A stretch of 64,000 bases of DNA from a virus (IMGVR_UViG_3300037067_015496:7629-71628), one strand, 5' to 3'. Counted from the first letter of the stretch, positions 9,164-19,280 are shown. Notes: a model not told the origin generated them from the letters alone. Program-made: numbers and translations.

Positions 9164-9725
9164 TCTAATAACCTCTCTTAAAAATATGACCCCGGAAGAA
9201 GCCGTTCAGATAGCGGAACTATTACGTGGACTTTTACCACAAACCACCCTTGAAAAAAAAATACCTAAAAAGAGAAAAACCACAAAAAAAGTAGTAAAAA
9301 AATCTATTAAAAAGACAACAAAAAAACGTGGACGACCCACAAAAAATACCAGTGTAAATACTACACTTGACAATGATGATAGCAATACTATAATAAAAGT
9401 ACAACCTCGTAAAAAGATTACACAAATAAAAGAAAAATGGGACCAAGGAAAGGGTTTAGCAAGTAGAATTGAATCTGTTAAGTTAGGTCCACGCCCAAAT
9501 CTTTTCCTTAAATCTGCTGAGGCTAAACAATGTAAAGAAGATAGCAAAATAGATAAATTATTATGGAAGGGGCGAACTCCATCAGAACGTAATCGCCCTA
9601 ATAATTTAATATCTATAGCCTGTCAAATATGTCAACAGGTACATGAGGTAAGCTCTTCATTAGTTTATAGAGACCCGGATAAAGGTTTGTGCTATACTTG
9701 TAATAATTGTTTAAGGAGAGGATAA
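9156..9725 (+). CDS. Lys/Thr-rich basic protein with an AT-hook-like motif and a C-terminal zinc finger
   Basis: KKRKTTKKVVKKSIKKTTKKRGRPTK; CQIC...CNNC. Confidence 0.65.
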   Translation: MSDLITSLKNMTPEEAVQIAELLRGLLPQTTLEKKIPKKRKTTKKVVKKSIKKTTKKRGRPTKNTSVNTTLDNDDSNTIIKVQPRKKITQIKEKWDQGKGLASRIESVKLGPRPNLFLKSAEAKQCKEDSKIDKLLWKGRTPSERNRPNNLISIACQICQQVHEVSSSLVYRDPDKGLCYTCNNCLRRG

Positions 9726-9946
9726 TGATAACAAGTTATATGAGAGGACATGAAATTTATTATACTGCCGATAAGACATGGCTATATGTTAATAATAATC
9801 GCCCTATAGATAAAGAACGCCCATGTCAAAGATTTGGTAGAAAGCCCACTAAAGAAGGATATGATGTTTGTTTAGGATATATAAGGGGCGTCACATCTAC
9901 ATGTTGTGGACACGGAATAATTGATCCATTTTTCGTTAAATCTTAA
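9725..9946 (+). CDS. Small Cys/His-rich phage protein
   Basis: RGHEI...RPC...EGYDVCLG...CCGHG. ATG overlaps the upstream TAA. Confidence 0.6.
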   Translation: MITSYMRGHEIYYTADKTWLYVNNNRPIDKERPCQRFGRKPTKEGYDVCLGYIRGVTSTCCGHGIIDPFFVKS

Positions 9947-9949
9947 AAT

Positions 9950-11410
9950 ATGTTAAATGACGTTGCTGCTGAACGTGCTGTTTTATCTGGTATTTGTCAC
10001 TATGGGGCAGATGCTTATTATGATATAGTAGACATGGTACAGGAAACAACCTTTACCATAGATTCAAATGCTATGATTTTTAAGTGTTTGAAATATATCT
10101 TAGAAAAAGACGACACTGTTAAAATAGATACCTCTTTTATTATGTCGGCAGCAAAAAGTTGTGGATGCACAAAACTTTTAACAGACAATGATGAAGTCTT
10201 ACACCTAAAGGCAGTATTAGGTTTAAATGTAGATAAAAGTAATATTCGTAAATTTGCAGCTAAAATTCGCAAATTGCAAATTGCCCGAATGCTAAAAGAA
10301 CAGTTGGGTGTTGCCCAGGATGGATTAATGAATGTTACGGGTGACGAGTCTATTCTAAGTATATTAAACATAGCCGAAGATGCCGTGTTAAATTTTACGG
10401 AATTATTAAATGACCACGACAATTCACCAGAAAAACTTGGCAAGGGAATTCAAGAATATTTGGATAATTTAGCCGAAAATCCAGTAGAGCAAATTGGTAT
10501 TTCTACAGGATTTCCTATGTATGATGCAGCAATTGGTGGGGGCTTAAGAAAGGCAACCGTTAGTATTATAGGTGCTAGGGCAAAAGTTGGTAAAAGTATC
10601 ATTTCTGATAATGTTGGATATCATGTAGCAGCTAATCTTGGTATTCCAGTGCTCAATATGGATACTGAAATGGTTAGAGAAGACCATATTAATAGAACAC
10701 TTGCCATGATGACAGAAGTTGAAATTAATGATATTGAAACTGGCAAGTTTGCTTCTAATATCCATACATTAAAACGAGTTATAGATGCCGGTAAAAAATT
10801 AGAAAATGTGCCCTACTACCACAGGGCAATTGCTGGTATGCCGTTTGAAGATCAGTTGGCAATTATGCGTAGATGGATTATGAAGGATGTGGGGCTTAAT
10901 CAAGATGGAACGGCTAAGGATTGTGTTATATTATATGATTATTTAAAGCTAATGGATGCTAATGGTATATCTGCCGATCTGAAAGAATACCAACTTCTTG
11001 GTTTTATGATGACTACACTGCACAATTTTTGTAATCGTTATAAAGTGCCCATATTAGCCTTTATACAGCTAAACAGGGATGGAATTAATAAAGAAAGTAC
11101 AGATTCGGCTTCTGGGTCAGATAGAATTATTTGGCTATGTTCTAATTTTACTATCTTTAAGAGGAAATCAGACGAAGAAATAGCTGAGGATGGTATTCAA
11201 AACGGTAATAGAAAATTAGTACCCTTAATATCAAGACATGGGCCATCGATGGAAGAGGGAGATTACATCAATTGTTTTATGCAGGGAAAATATGCTAAAA
11301 TTGTTGAGGGCAAAACCAAGTTTGAGCTAAAAAATATAAATAATGATGATGGATTTGTGGTTGATGACCAAACCACCGAAATACCATTTAACGACGAACA
11401 GGACACATAA
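9950..11410 (+). CDS. dnaB: Replicative DNA helicase
   Basis: AERAVLSG N-terminus, ISTGF, Walker A GARAKVGKS, DTEM, YDYLKLM, IQLNR. Confidence 0.92.
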   Translation: MLNDVAAERAVLSGICHYGADAYYDIVDMVQETTFTIDSNAMIFKCLKYILEKDDTVKIDTSFIMSAAKSCGCTKLLTDNDEVLHLKAVLGLNVDKSNIRKFAAKIRKLQIARMLKEQLGVAQDGLMNVTGDESILSILNIAEDAVLNFTELLNDHDNSPEKLGKGIQEYLDNLAENPVEQIGISTGFPMYDAAIGGGLRKATVSIIGARAKVGKSIISDNVGYHVAANLGIPVLNMDTEMVREDHINRTLAMMTEVEINDIETGKFASNIHTLKRVIDAGKKLENVPYYHRAIAGMPFEDQLAIMRRWIMKDVGLNQDGTAKDCVILYDYLKLMDANGISADLKEYQLLGFMMTTLHNFCNRYKVPILAFIQLNRDGINKESTDSASGSDRIIWLCSNFTIFKRKSDEEIAEDGIQNGNRKLVPLISRHGPSMEEGDYINCFMQGKYAKIVEGKTKFELKNINNDDGFVVDDQTTEIPFNDEQDT

Positions 11411-11470
11411 TAACGGATGGACGGTCGATGTAATTACCCATATATTTAAAAATTTAGTCTGATATGAATA

Positions 11471-12565
11471 ATGTACTACAACAACTCAGCAAAAAACAAT
11501 ATCTTAGCTCAAAAGGTTGCCTTACGCCTACCAGAGTTATTAGATATTTTGAATATAGATTTACGACAGGATAATAAAAAATATTACGGTCCATGCCCAA
11601 TTCATAGTGGTGATAATCCGCACGCCATAAGTTTATACTTTAATGAGGATTTTTTCCCTATATGGAAGTGTTATACTCATCATTGTGAGTCATCATTTGG
11701 TAAGGATTTGCTTGGATTTATTCGTGGAGTTTTGTCTAAAAATAAATATAATTGGTCATGCCCACAAGATAAAAAAGTTACAATGGGCGAGACTATAGAG
11801 TTTGCCCTACACTTTCTTAATGAAAAATATGATAAATTAAAAATAGATTTTGTCGCATTAGAAAAAAAGAAATTTATTAGAAATTCTCGAATATTAGCAC
11901 ATACCACACATATAACAACACATACTACAAGAGATAATGCACGCAAACTACTTGTTATTCCGGCAGATTATTATCTTAAAAGGAATTATTCTCCAGAAGT
12001 TTTAGATAAATATGATGTTGGGCTATGCCAAAATCCGTCCCACGAACTATATAATAGGGTGCTGACACCAATATATGATGAAAATTATAAGTCTGTTTTG
12101 GGATATACGGGCAGAAGCGTATTTGAAAAATGCCCATTGTGTAATCTTTATCATGCCCCATTAGAATGTCCACCCTTAGAAAATAGATGGCAATATACAA
12201 AGTGGCGGCATTCCACAGGATTAAAACTAGAATCTGTCCTATATAATTATTGGCACAGTAAAGATTTTATTAAAAAAAGTAGAAAGGCTATTATAGTTGA
12301 GTCTCCGGGTAATGTTTGGCGATTAGAAGAGGCGTGCATATATAATAGTGTGGCAACATTTGGGGCACACCTAACACAAATGCAAAGGGCAATTTTAGAT
12401 GGGTCTGGGGCTTTAGAATTGATTTTAATAATGGATAATGACGAGGCTGGACAACTGGCGGTAGAAACTATTAAAAGGAATTATGGCAGAATTTATAAAA
12501 TAAGAAATATTATTCCACCACAAAATGATTTAGGAATGATGTCACCAGAGAAAGAAGGAACTTAA
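11471..12565 (+). CDS. dnaG: DNA primase (zinc finger + TOPRIM)
   Basis: CPIH..DNP...C..H zinc finger, GYTGR, IIVES, MDNDEAG. Follows the helicase. Confidence 0.85.
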   Translation: MYYNNSAKNNILAQKVALRLPELLDILNIDLRQDNKKYYGPCPIHSGDNPHAISLYFNEDFFPIWKCYTHHCESSFGKDLLGFIRGVLSKNKYNWSCPQDKKVTMGETIEFALHFLNEKYDKLKIDFVALEKKKFIRNSRILAHTTHITTHTTRDNARKLLVIPADYYLKRNYSPEVLDKYDVGLCQNPSHELYNRVLTPIYDENYKSVLGYTGRSVFEKCPLCNLYHAPLECPPLENRWQYTKWRHSTGLKLESVLYNYWHSKDFIKKSRKAIIVESPGNVWRLEEACIYNSVATFGAHLTQMQRAILDGSGALELILIMDNDEAGQLAVETIKRNYGRIYKIRNIIPPQNDLGMMSPEKEGT

Positions 12566-12566
12566 T

Positions 12567-12932
12567 ATGATTTTATTTTTAGATGATGATCTGAACAGAT
12601 GTGATGCATTTAAGCATAAGGTGCCCCATGCTAAATTTGTTCATACAGCACAACAGTGCATTAATATCCTTAAATCAGAGCCGCACTGGGAACTAGTTTG
12701 TTTAGATCACGATTTAGGTGGCGAAATATATGTGGACACAGAGAGAGAAGACTGCGGGATGGAGGTGGTTCGATGGATTGTGGCTAATGAACCAAAGATT
12801 GATAAAATTATTATTCATAGCTACAATTCGTCGGCGGCTTATATGATGAAAAACCTACTCAAAGATGATGGATATGATGTAGATTATGTTCCATTTTCTT
12901 TACTACTTGAAAACATACGGGAGATTAAATGA
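12567..12932 (+). CDS. Cyclic-phosphate-processing receiver-like (cREC) domain protein
   Basis: ILFLDDD, CLDHDLG, GMEVVRWI, IIHSYN pattern of stand-alone phage receiver-like domains. Confidence 0.7.
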   Translation: MILFLDDDLNRCDAFKHKVPHAKFVHTAQQCINILKSEPHWELVCLDHDLGGEIYVDTEREDCGMEVVRWIVANEPKIDKIIIHSYNSSAAYMMKNLLKDDGYDVDYVPFSLLLENIREIK

Positions 12933-13729
12933 CTAATATTATAGCTTTCGCTGGGCATAAAGTTGCAGGAAAAAATACTGCTGTTAATTTTATTGTGGGT
13001 GTCCACCTTTCCTCATTGGGGATAGTACAAAACGAGTGGGGTATCAACACCGATGGTGAGTTGTTTATTAACGATCTATTTGGCGATGTTGAAGGGGCAG
13101 GTGTATTTGACATTAATAGGCAGAATCCAGATATGGATGCTTTTCGTAAAGCTTATTTGGACCAATATGTGAAAGTTTATAGCTTTGCTGATCTATTAAA
13201 GCGTAGTATTTGTATTGAAATTTTAGGATTGACCGAAGAACAGTGCTTTGGCACAAATGAGCAGAAAGATAGTCTTACCCATCTAAAATGGGAAGATATG
13301 CCCGTGCCAAGTAAAGACATTAAGAAGGCTCTTCACGCACCAGGATTTATGACCGCCCGCGAAGTTATGCAATATGTGGGCACTAATATTTTCCGCACCA
13401 TGTTTAATAACGTGTGGGTGGATGCCCTAATGCGTAAAATCAATGCCGATAATGCAGACTTAGCCCTTATTTCTGATTGCCGCTTTCCCAATGAGGCTGA
13501 TGGTGTAGCTGCCGCTGGTGGTAAAGTTGTTTATCTTACACGCAATCCTTATGGTAATCAAGATCAACACGAAAGTGAAACCGCCCTGGATAATTACGAT
13601 AGCTTTGCTGCAATTTTGGACAATAAAGATATGACTATTGCCCAGCAGAATAAGGCAGTTTATGAAATGCTACATGGGTGGGGTGTTATACCGGGTATTG
13701 ATGAAATTGAAAACAAAGAAGAACAATAA
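12929..13729 (+). CDS. Deoxynucleoside monophosphate kinase (T4 gp1-like)
   Basis: P-loop AGHKVAGKNT, SFADLLK, REVMQYVGT, ISDCRFPNE, HESE. Confidence 0.88.
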   Translation: MTNIIAFAGHKVAGKNTAVNFIVGVHLSSLGIVQNEWGINTDGELFINDLFGDVEGAGVFDINRQNPDMDAFRKAYLDQYVKVYSFADLLKRSICIEILGLTEEQCFGTNEQKDSLTHLKWEDMPVPSKDIKKALHAPGFMTAREVMQYVGTNIFRTMFNNVWVDALMRKINADNADLALISDCRFPNEADGVAAAGGKVVYLTRNPYGNQDQHESETALDNYDSFAAILDNKDMTIAQQNKAVYEMLHGWGVIPGIDEIENKEEQ

Positions 13730-13740
13730 GAAAGCTAACT

Positions 13741-14787
13741 GTGATTATTACATATATTAGAAGTTCATCAGTTGGGCGATGGCAATGGTGTCCCCACTGT
13801 TATTTTTGCGAGTATAATTTAGGTATCCGAAGTGCCCCAAACAAAAAAGCAGATAAGGGCACTATAGTACATAAAGTTTTAGAAATTATAGCTAAGTGCA
13901 GTCTGGCATTAGATAATAAAGAAAATTTTATAGATGACGAAATAGTTGGTAGATTTCCATCGGATGGATACGATATTGATGAGCTAAGTAAAAGGGTATA
14001 TGCCTATTATGTGGTTCAAATGACTTCCCATAATTGGCTTCAAGAAGACCAAATAGATTGTATAAACTGGGTCAATAAAGCATTAAATTGGGGTGGTGGT
14101 AAGTTTGATCCGCGTAATATGACGATAGTAGCACCCGAACAAAGATTTGATTTTGAAATAAAAAAGAAGTGGGCTGAATATACACAGGTTATTAATGGCG
14201 AGCAGATCAAGGGATATTTAGCTTTAAAGGGTACTATTGACCTTGTTACTCAAATTGATAAAAGTATCTATGAAATTGTAGATTGGAAAACTGGTAAAGC
14301 CTGGGATTGGAATAAAAATTCTGAAAAAACAATAACAACACTTAGGCAAGATTTTCAGTTGAGACTATATCATTATGCAGCCTCTCATATATATCCAGAT
14401 ATTGAACAGATTATTTTAACCATTAATTATATTAATAGTGGTGGTCCTATCACTCTATGTTTTACAAAAGAAGATTTGATTGAGACTGAGTTGATTATAA
14501 GAAGACAATATGAGGAAATTTTACACACTAGCACTCCTAAAAGAAGCACTTCGTGGAAATGTACCAAATTATGTCATATGGGTAAAAATACTTTTGAGGG
14601 AACCAAAAACAAAGCCCTTATTGAATATAGAGAGGGAAAATTTGCTCAGATAGGTGAGCCAATGACGATCTGTGACCAACTAGCACTAGAACTACAAAAT
14701 AAGTCGGTTGAAGAAGTAACAAAACAATATATCTGTCCAGGATTTAGTATTAACAAATATTTTGAGCCTGGGGGCTTAAATACATGA
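13741..14787 (+). CDS. Cas4/RecB-like PD-(D/E)XK exonuclease
   Basis: WCPHCYF, GTIVHKVLE, GTIDL, IVDWKTG, QLRLY, C-terminal CTKLC. Confidence 0.85.
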   Translation: MIITYIRSSSVGRWQWCPHCYFCEYNLGIRSAPNKKADKGTIVHKVLEIIAKCSLALDNKENFIDDEIVGRFPSDGYDIDELSKRVYAYYVVQMTSHNWLQEDQIDCINWVNKALNWGGGKFDPRNMTIVAPEQRFDFEIKKKWAEYTQVINGEQIKGYLALKGTIDLVTQIDKSIYEIVDWKTGKAWDWNKNSEKTITTLRQDFQLRLYHYAASHIYPDIEQIILTINYINSGGPITLCFTKEDLIETELIIRRQYEEILHTSTPKRSTSWKCTKLCHMGKNTFEGTKNKALIEYREGKFAQIGEPMTICDQLALELQNKSVEEVTKQYICPGFSINKYFEPGGLNT

Positions 14788-15767
14788 GGTGTAGAATCAC
14801 ACAAGAAGAATTTCATCAGAGAAATTTAGCTATAGGTGCCATATCCAGTAGTGTATTTTGTGGTCTTAAGACTAAAATCGCATATAGGTGCATAGATTGT
14901 GATAAAATATTTATTGTTAGTCCTGGTAAAGTATGGTGTAATAAACAAATAAGATGTTATGAGTGTTCTGGTGCTCGTGGTAGATTATTAACACAGGAGG
15001 AGTTTGAATATAAAAACAAAGCTATCGGTGCAATATCTTATGATATATATAAAACCATTAAATATCCCACTAAATATATTTGTTGTGATTGCAAACAGGA
15101 ATTTTTAGTTACCCCAGACAGAGTGTGGAAACAAAAACAATTAAGGTGTTATACTTGTGGCAGAAAAAATTCAGGTAAAAACAAAACATATAAACAGGAC
15201 AAATTTATACAAAAAAATAAAGATGTTGGAGCAATATCTTATGCCAGATATTTTGGTACACATATAAAAATTCTTTATGTTTGTACTAATTGCGGGAAAT
15301 CATTCTTAGTAACTCCAGGAAGCGTTTGGTATCAAAAACAGGTGAAGTGCGGAAATTGTGAACTTAGGATAAATGGAACAAAGACTTCCGGCAAATCTAT
15401 ATCTCTAAAAAAATATATACCTCAATTTTTTATATGTGAATATAAAATATATTATGCAATAAATAAAAAATATAAAATTACAATAGACTGGGCTGGAATT
15501 TATAATGGTTATAAAATAGCTATAGAATATGATGAGTGGTGGTGGCACGGTCATAAACAAAAGGAAGATTATAAGCGTGTTAAAAAGTTAGTAAAAATGG
15601 GATGGAAAGTCCTTAGAATCAAAGCCCATGACAACCTTCCAACTAAAGACCAGATCGACAAAGCACTATACATTCTAACGACCACTAATAAAAATTACAC
15701 TTATATTAGGCTAAAGGGCTGGGGCAAAGGCAAAACATTTGCAGATAGGAAAAAGACAATAAAATGA
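14784..15767 (+). CDS. Free-standing homing-endonuclease-like protein with three zinc-ribbon repeats and a Vsr-like nuclease domain
   Basis: Three ~66 aa repeats (TQEEF...GAIS...CxxC...F.V.P..VW..KQ..CxxC) followed by IDWA...IAIEYDEWWWH...GWKVLRIK. Confidence 0.75.
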   Translation: MRCRITQEEFHQRNLAIGAISSSVFCGLKTKIAYRCIDCDKIFIVSPGKVWCNKQIRCYECSGARGRLLTQEEFEYKNKAIGAISYDIYKTIKYPTKYICCDCKQEFLVTPDRVWKQKQLRCYTCGRKNSGKNKTYKQDKFIQKNKDVGAISYARYFGTHIKILYVCTNCGKSFLVTPGSVWYQKQVKCGNCELRINGTKTSGKSISLKKYIPQFFICEYKIYYAINKKYKITIDWAGIYNGYKIAIEYDEWWWHGHKQKEDYKRVKKLVKMGWKVLRIKAHDNLPTKDQIDKALYILTTTNKNYTYIRLKGWGKGKTFADRKKTIK

Positions 15768-15837
15768 AAAATAATCCATTAACAGACTGGAATTTTTGTA
15801 TCAAAAAAACCAAAAACAATGATTGTAAATTTATTAC

Positions 15838-15865
15838 TTGAAAAAATCAAAACCCAGGCTATAAT
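15838..15865 (+). promoter_or_regulatory. Possible sigma70-type promoter for dnaE-N
   Basis: TTGAAA (15838-15843), 16 bp spacer, TATAAT (15860-15865). AGGCTATAAT is shared with the promoter at 5461. Confidence 0.4.
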
Positions 15866-17725
15866 ATGTGTGGAGTACCTATGTCTAAAAATTATTTTAT
15901 TTCACACCTACATACTGATGCTAGCTTACTTGATGCTATTTCCACACCAGAACAGGTGAGGGGGAAAATAGATGAGCTTAATATGGATGGTTGCTGTATT
16001 ACGGATCATGGGAATATAGGTAATAGCATTAAATTCCTAAAGGCTATGAAGGGTAAAAAAGCCATTATTGGAATAGAATTCTATGTTTGTGAGCAGGACG
16101 CTACAATAAAGAATGAAAGCAATAGACACCTATCTCACTTATTAATATATGCCCGTAATAATGACGGATGGAACCAGCTTGTTAAACTAATTTCCCTATC
16201 TAATGAAGAACGACACTTTTACTACAAACCAAGACTATCTTTAGAACAAATTAGACCATTTTGTAATGGTAATTTATTAGCTGTGTGTGGACATCTAGGA
16301 TCAACCATATCAGATGCTATTGAAAAGGGAGAATCTGGAACATTAATAGTAGAACAACTTTGTGATATTTTTGGTAAAGAAAACTTCTTCTTAGAAGTAC
16401 AACTCATATATAAAGAAATAGTTCCACAAATAATAGAACTTACTAATAAAGTTAGGGAACTTGGAAAACTATTTAACATTCCCGTCTTAGCTACTCCAGA
16501 TTCACATTATGTTAATAGGGCTGATGCCACAGATCAGCGTGTGGTTTTATGCAGAAATTTGGGTAATATAACATTAAAGCAAGCTAATGAACGTGAAGTA
16601 TTAAAGTGTTTCTTTGAAAGTGATTGCTTTTTTATGCCTTCTTATGAAGAGATGATAGCAGCCGGACATACAGAAGAGGAATTAGAAAATACCAATCTGT
16701 TTGCTTCAAAATTTGAGGCATATACCAACATTCTCAAATCTCCCATGCCACCTAAATATGCTTGCCCAAATGGGTTAACTGACGTTGAATATTTGAAACA
16801 ACTATGCAATGAAGGATGGGAAAGGAAAATTAAAGGAAAAGTTAATGATGAAAAGGTATATAAAGATAGATTAGATATGGAATTAGAAGTATTATTAGGG
16901 GCAGAACTGTCTAGTTATTTCCTTATTGTTGCAGATTTATTGAATTTTGTCAGAGGTAATGGATGGCTTCCTGGTCCTGGGCGAGGGTCTGCTGCTGGTT
17001 GTATTGTATCTTATTTAATGGGCATCACAGCTATTGATCCTATAAAATATGATTTATTATTTGAGAGATTTTACTCAACTGGTAGAAATTCTCCTGGTCA
17101 TATTAGTATGCCAGATATTGATATTGATGTACCCGCATTTAAAAGAGATCAAGTTATAGAATATATACGTAATAAATATGGTCAAGATCACGTATCTCAA
17201 ATTATTACTTATCAAACAATGAAAGGGCGGACTGCCCTTAAAGATGTGCTCAGAGCTTATGACAATATTTCCTTTGCCGAAATGAATCTTATTACGGAAA
17301 ACCTGCCAGAAGAGAGCAAGATTATTGGCGAGCTACAAGAAATGAAAGAGAAAGATGGTGAATCTTCCATTATTAAATACACACTAGAGCAAGATCAAAA
17401 ATCCGGTAAATTACGTGAGTGGTGTTATATAGATGATAATGGAGAATTACAAGGTCCACTCTCTAAAAGGTTTGAACAGGCAATCAGGCTTGAGGGCACT
17501 AAAACATCACAAGCCAAACATGCTGCGGGCATAGTGATTGGTAATCAGCCATTAAGTGAAATATGCCCTATGGTATATGATAGTAAAAACAAATGTTTAA
17601 TTGCGGGCTTAGAAATGCAAGATATAGAGAGTATAGGACTCGTCAAGATGGATATATTAGGATTAGTACTTTTAGACAAAATTTCTTTAATATCAGATAT
17701 TTTAAGAGGTAAAAACGCTTCGTAA
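15866..17725 (+). CDS. dnaE: DNA polymerase III alpha subunit, N-terminal half (PHP + catalytic palm)
   Basis: HLHT, TDHG, GIEFY, DSHY (PHP); GPGRGSAAG; MPDIDID; KHAAGIVI; ends just after KMDILGL. Start may be 15881. Confidence 0.93.
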   Translation: MCGVPMSKNYFISHLHTDASLLDAISTPEQVRGKIDELNMDGCCITDHGNIGNSIKFLKAMKGKKAIIGIEFYVCEQDATIKNESNRHLSHLLIYARNNDGWNQLVKLISLSNEERHFYYKPRLSLEQIRPFCNGNLLAVCGHLGSTISDAIEKGESGTLIVEQLCDIFGKENFFLEVQLIYKEIVPQIIELTNKVRELGKLFNIPVLATPDSHYVNRADATDQRVVLCRNLGNITLKQANEREVLKCFFESDCFFMPSYEEMIAAGHTEEELENTNLFASKFEAYTNILKSPMPPKYACPNGLTDVEYLKQLCNEGWERKIKGKVNDEKVYKDRLDMELEVLLGAELSSYFLIVADLLNFVRGNGWLPGPGRGSAAGCIVSYLMGITAIDPIKYDLLFERFYSTGRNSPGHISMPDIDIDVPAFKRDQVIEYIRNKYGQDHVSQIITYQTMKGRTALKDVLRAYDNISFAEMNLITENLPEESKIIGELQEMKEKDGESSIIKYTLEQDQKSGKLREWCYIDDNGELQGPLSKRFEQAIRLEGTKTSQAKHAAGIVIGNQPLSEICPMVYDSKNKCLIAGLEMQDIESIGLVKMDILGLVLLDKISLISDILRGKNAS

Positions 17726-17768
17726 AATCACACAAAAGAAAAAACTTTTGCTAATAGAAAGTGTATAA

Positions 17769-18452
17769 ATGTTAAACCTACATCCCATAGCAGTATTTGA
17801 TTTTGAAACAGACAGTGCTGATCCTCGTAGCTGTAACCCTGTCGAATTAGCGTGTCTAGTCTTGGACCCGCGTACCCTAGAAATAGTGCCCAACTCAGAA
17901 TTTAGTACTAAAATACGCCCCCCTAGTATTGACGATACTAATTATTATGAACTACATAAGGACACTATAGAGTGGCACGCTAAAAATCATAAGTGTACTA
18001 GTGAAGATATTTTAAAAGAGTGGAAATCTGCCATACCACAAGATGTAGCTTGGAAAAACTTTAAGGAATATCTATCTAAATATCACACAACTACAAAAAA
18101 GCGTAGTATGTGGAGTGCCCCCATTGCAGCAGGCATGAATATTATTAGGTTTGACCTGCCCATTATAGAGCGACTAAGTGGACTTTATGGCGATTTAAAC
18201 TCTAGTGGCGAGACTAAAATCTTCTTCCCAAGAGATAGGGTTGACCTGATGCCCACTCTATTTATGTGGTTTGAGAATATGGAGGAGCCTTCTTCATATA
18301 GCATGGATGTGTGCCGCCCATTTTTTGGCATAGATGATAAAAATTCACACGAAGCCATTAAAGATGTGCAAGATACGGCTAAATTGATTAGTAAGTTTAT
18401 GAAGTTACATAGATATTGTGCTAGTAAAGTGACAACCTTTAAAGGAGCATAA
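17769..18452 (+). CDS. DEDDh 3'-5' exonuclease (DnaQ-like)
   Basis: FDFETD, NIIRFD, HEAIKD motifs. Confidence 0.88.
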   Translation: MLNLHPIAVFDFETDSADPRSCNPVELACLVLDPRTLEIVPNSEFSTKIRPPSIDDTNYYELHKDTIEWHAKNHKCTSEDILKEWKSAIPQDVAWKNFKEYLSKYHTTTKKRSMWSAPIAAGMNIIRFDLPIIERLSGLYGDLNSSGETKIFFPRDRVDLMPTLFMWFENMEEPSSYSMDVCRPFFGIDDKNSHEAIKDVQDTAKLISKFMKLHRYCASKVTTFKGA

Positions 18453-18455
18453 TAA

Positions 18456-18818
18456 ATGAATAAATTAAGTTTTAAAAAATTAAATGAAATCAACACTCAA
18501 AGATGCGAAACGTCATTTCATAAATTAAATGATTGGTCCCCTACAGATTGGGGTTGTGCTGTGGGCGGTGAATGTGGAGAAGCTTTAAATAAAATTAAAA
18601 AATTAAGGAGGTTAGAAGGACCAACAAATCAAGAATTGGTTAAACAAATACAAACCGTAAATAGAGAAGAATTAATAAATTCTATAGGCGAAGAACTAGC
18701 TGATATAGTAATATATACCGATTTATTAGCTAGTAGATTGGGATTGTCTTTAGAAAATTGCATAATTAATAAATTTAATCAAGATTCCAAAAAAATAGAT
18801 TCCAACTTTACATTATAA
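18456..18818 (+). CDS. MazG-like nucleotide pyrophosphohydrolase
   Basis: GECGEALNKIKK...EELADIVIY. Confidence 0.85.
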   Translation: MNKLSFKKLNEINTQRCETSFHKLNDWSPTDWGCAVGGECGEALNKIKKLRRLEGPTNQELVKQIQTVNREELINSIGEELADIVIYTDLLASRLGLSLENCIINKFNQDSKKIDSNFTL

Positions 18819-18821
18819 CTT

Positions 18822-19280
18822 ATGAATGAAGTTCACGCCAACCTATGGGATATGTATAAAACCGCAGACGCTATATGTTGTACAACTAATAATATAGTAA
18901 AAAATGACGGTTCATTAGTAATGGGAGCGGGCATTGCCAAAGATTTTGCCGAAAGATATCCTTTCATAGCTAAGGAATGGGGCAGAAGAGTTTTAGAATA
19001 CAGAGGCGTACACCCATTTGTGTTCACCACACTAATGAAGGAAAAGCCCCATCTTGTTTATTTTGGCACTAAATACCATTGGAAAGACCCATCAGATTTA
19101 GAATTAATTGAAGAAAGCGTCAAACAATTGTGTTGGCTAATTAAAAAATTAGACTGGCAAAGAGTTTTATTGCCACGCCCAGGTTGTAAACGCGGACAGT
19201 TAGATTGGCACAAGGATGTATTACCCCGCATAGGAAGATTGTTAGATGACAATCATCAGATTATTATAATATCCCAATAA
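18822..19280 (+). CDS. Macro domain (ADP-ribose processing) protein
   Basis: CTTN...VMGAGIAKDF...TKYHW...LPRPGC..GQLDW. Confidence 0.85.
   Translation: MNEVHANLWDMYKTADAICCTTNNIVKNDGSLVMGAGIAKDFAERYPFIAKEWGRRVLEYRGVHPFVFTTLMKEKPHLVYFGTKYHWKDPSDLELIEESVKQLCWLIKKLDWQRVLLPRPGCKRGQLDWHKDVLPRIGRLLDDNHQIIIISQ

Noticed and set aside
15764-15841. 25-codon ORF MKNNPLTDWNFC... after the endonuclease
   Set aside because: Too short, no recognisable motif, and it overlaps a probable promoter.
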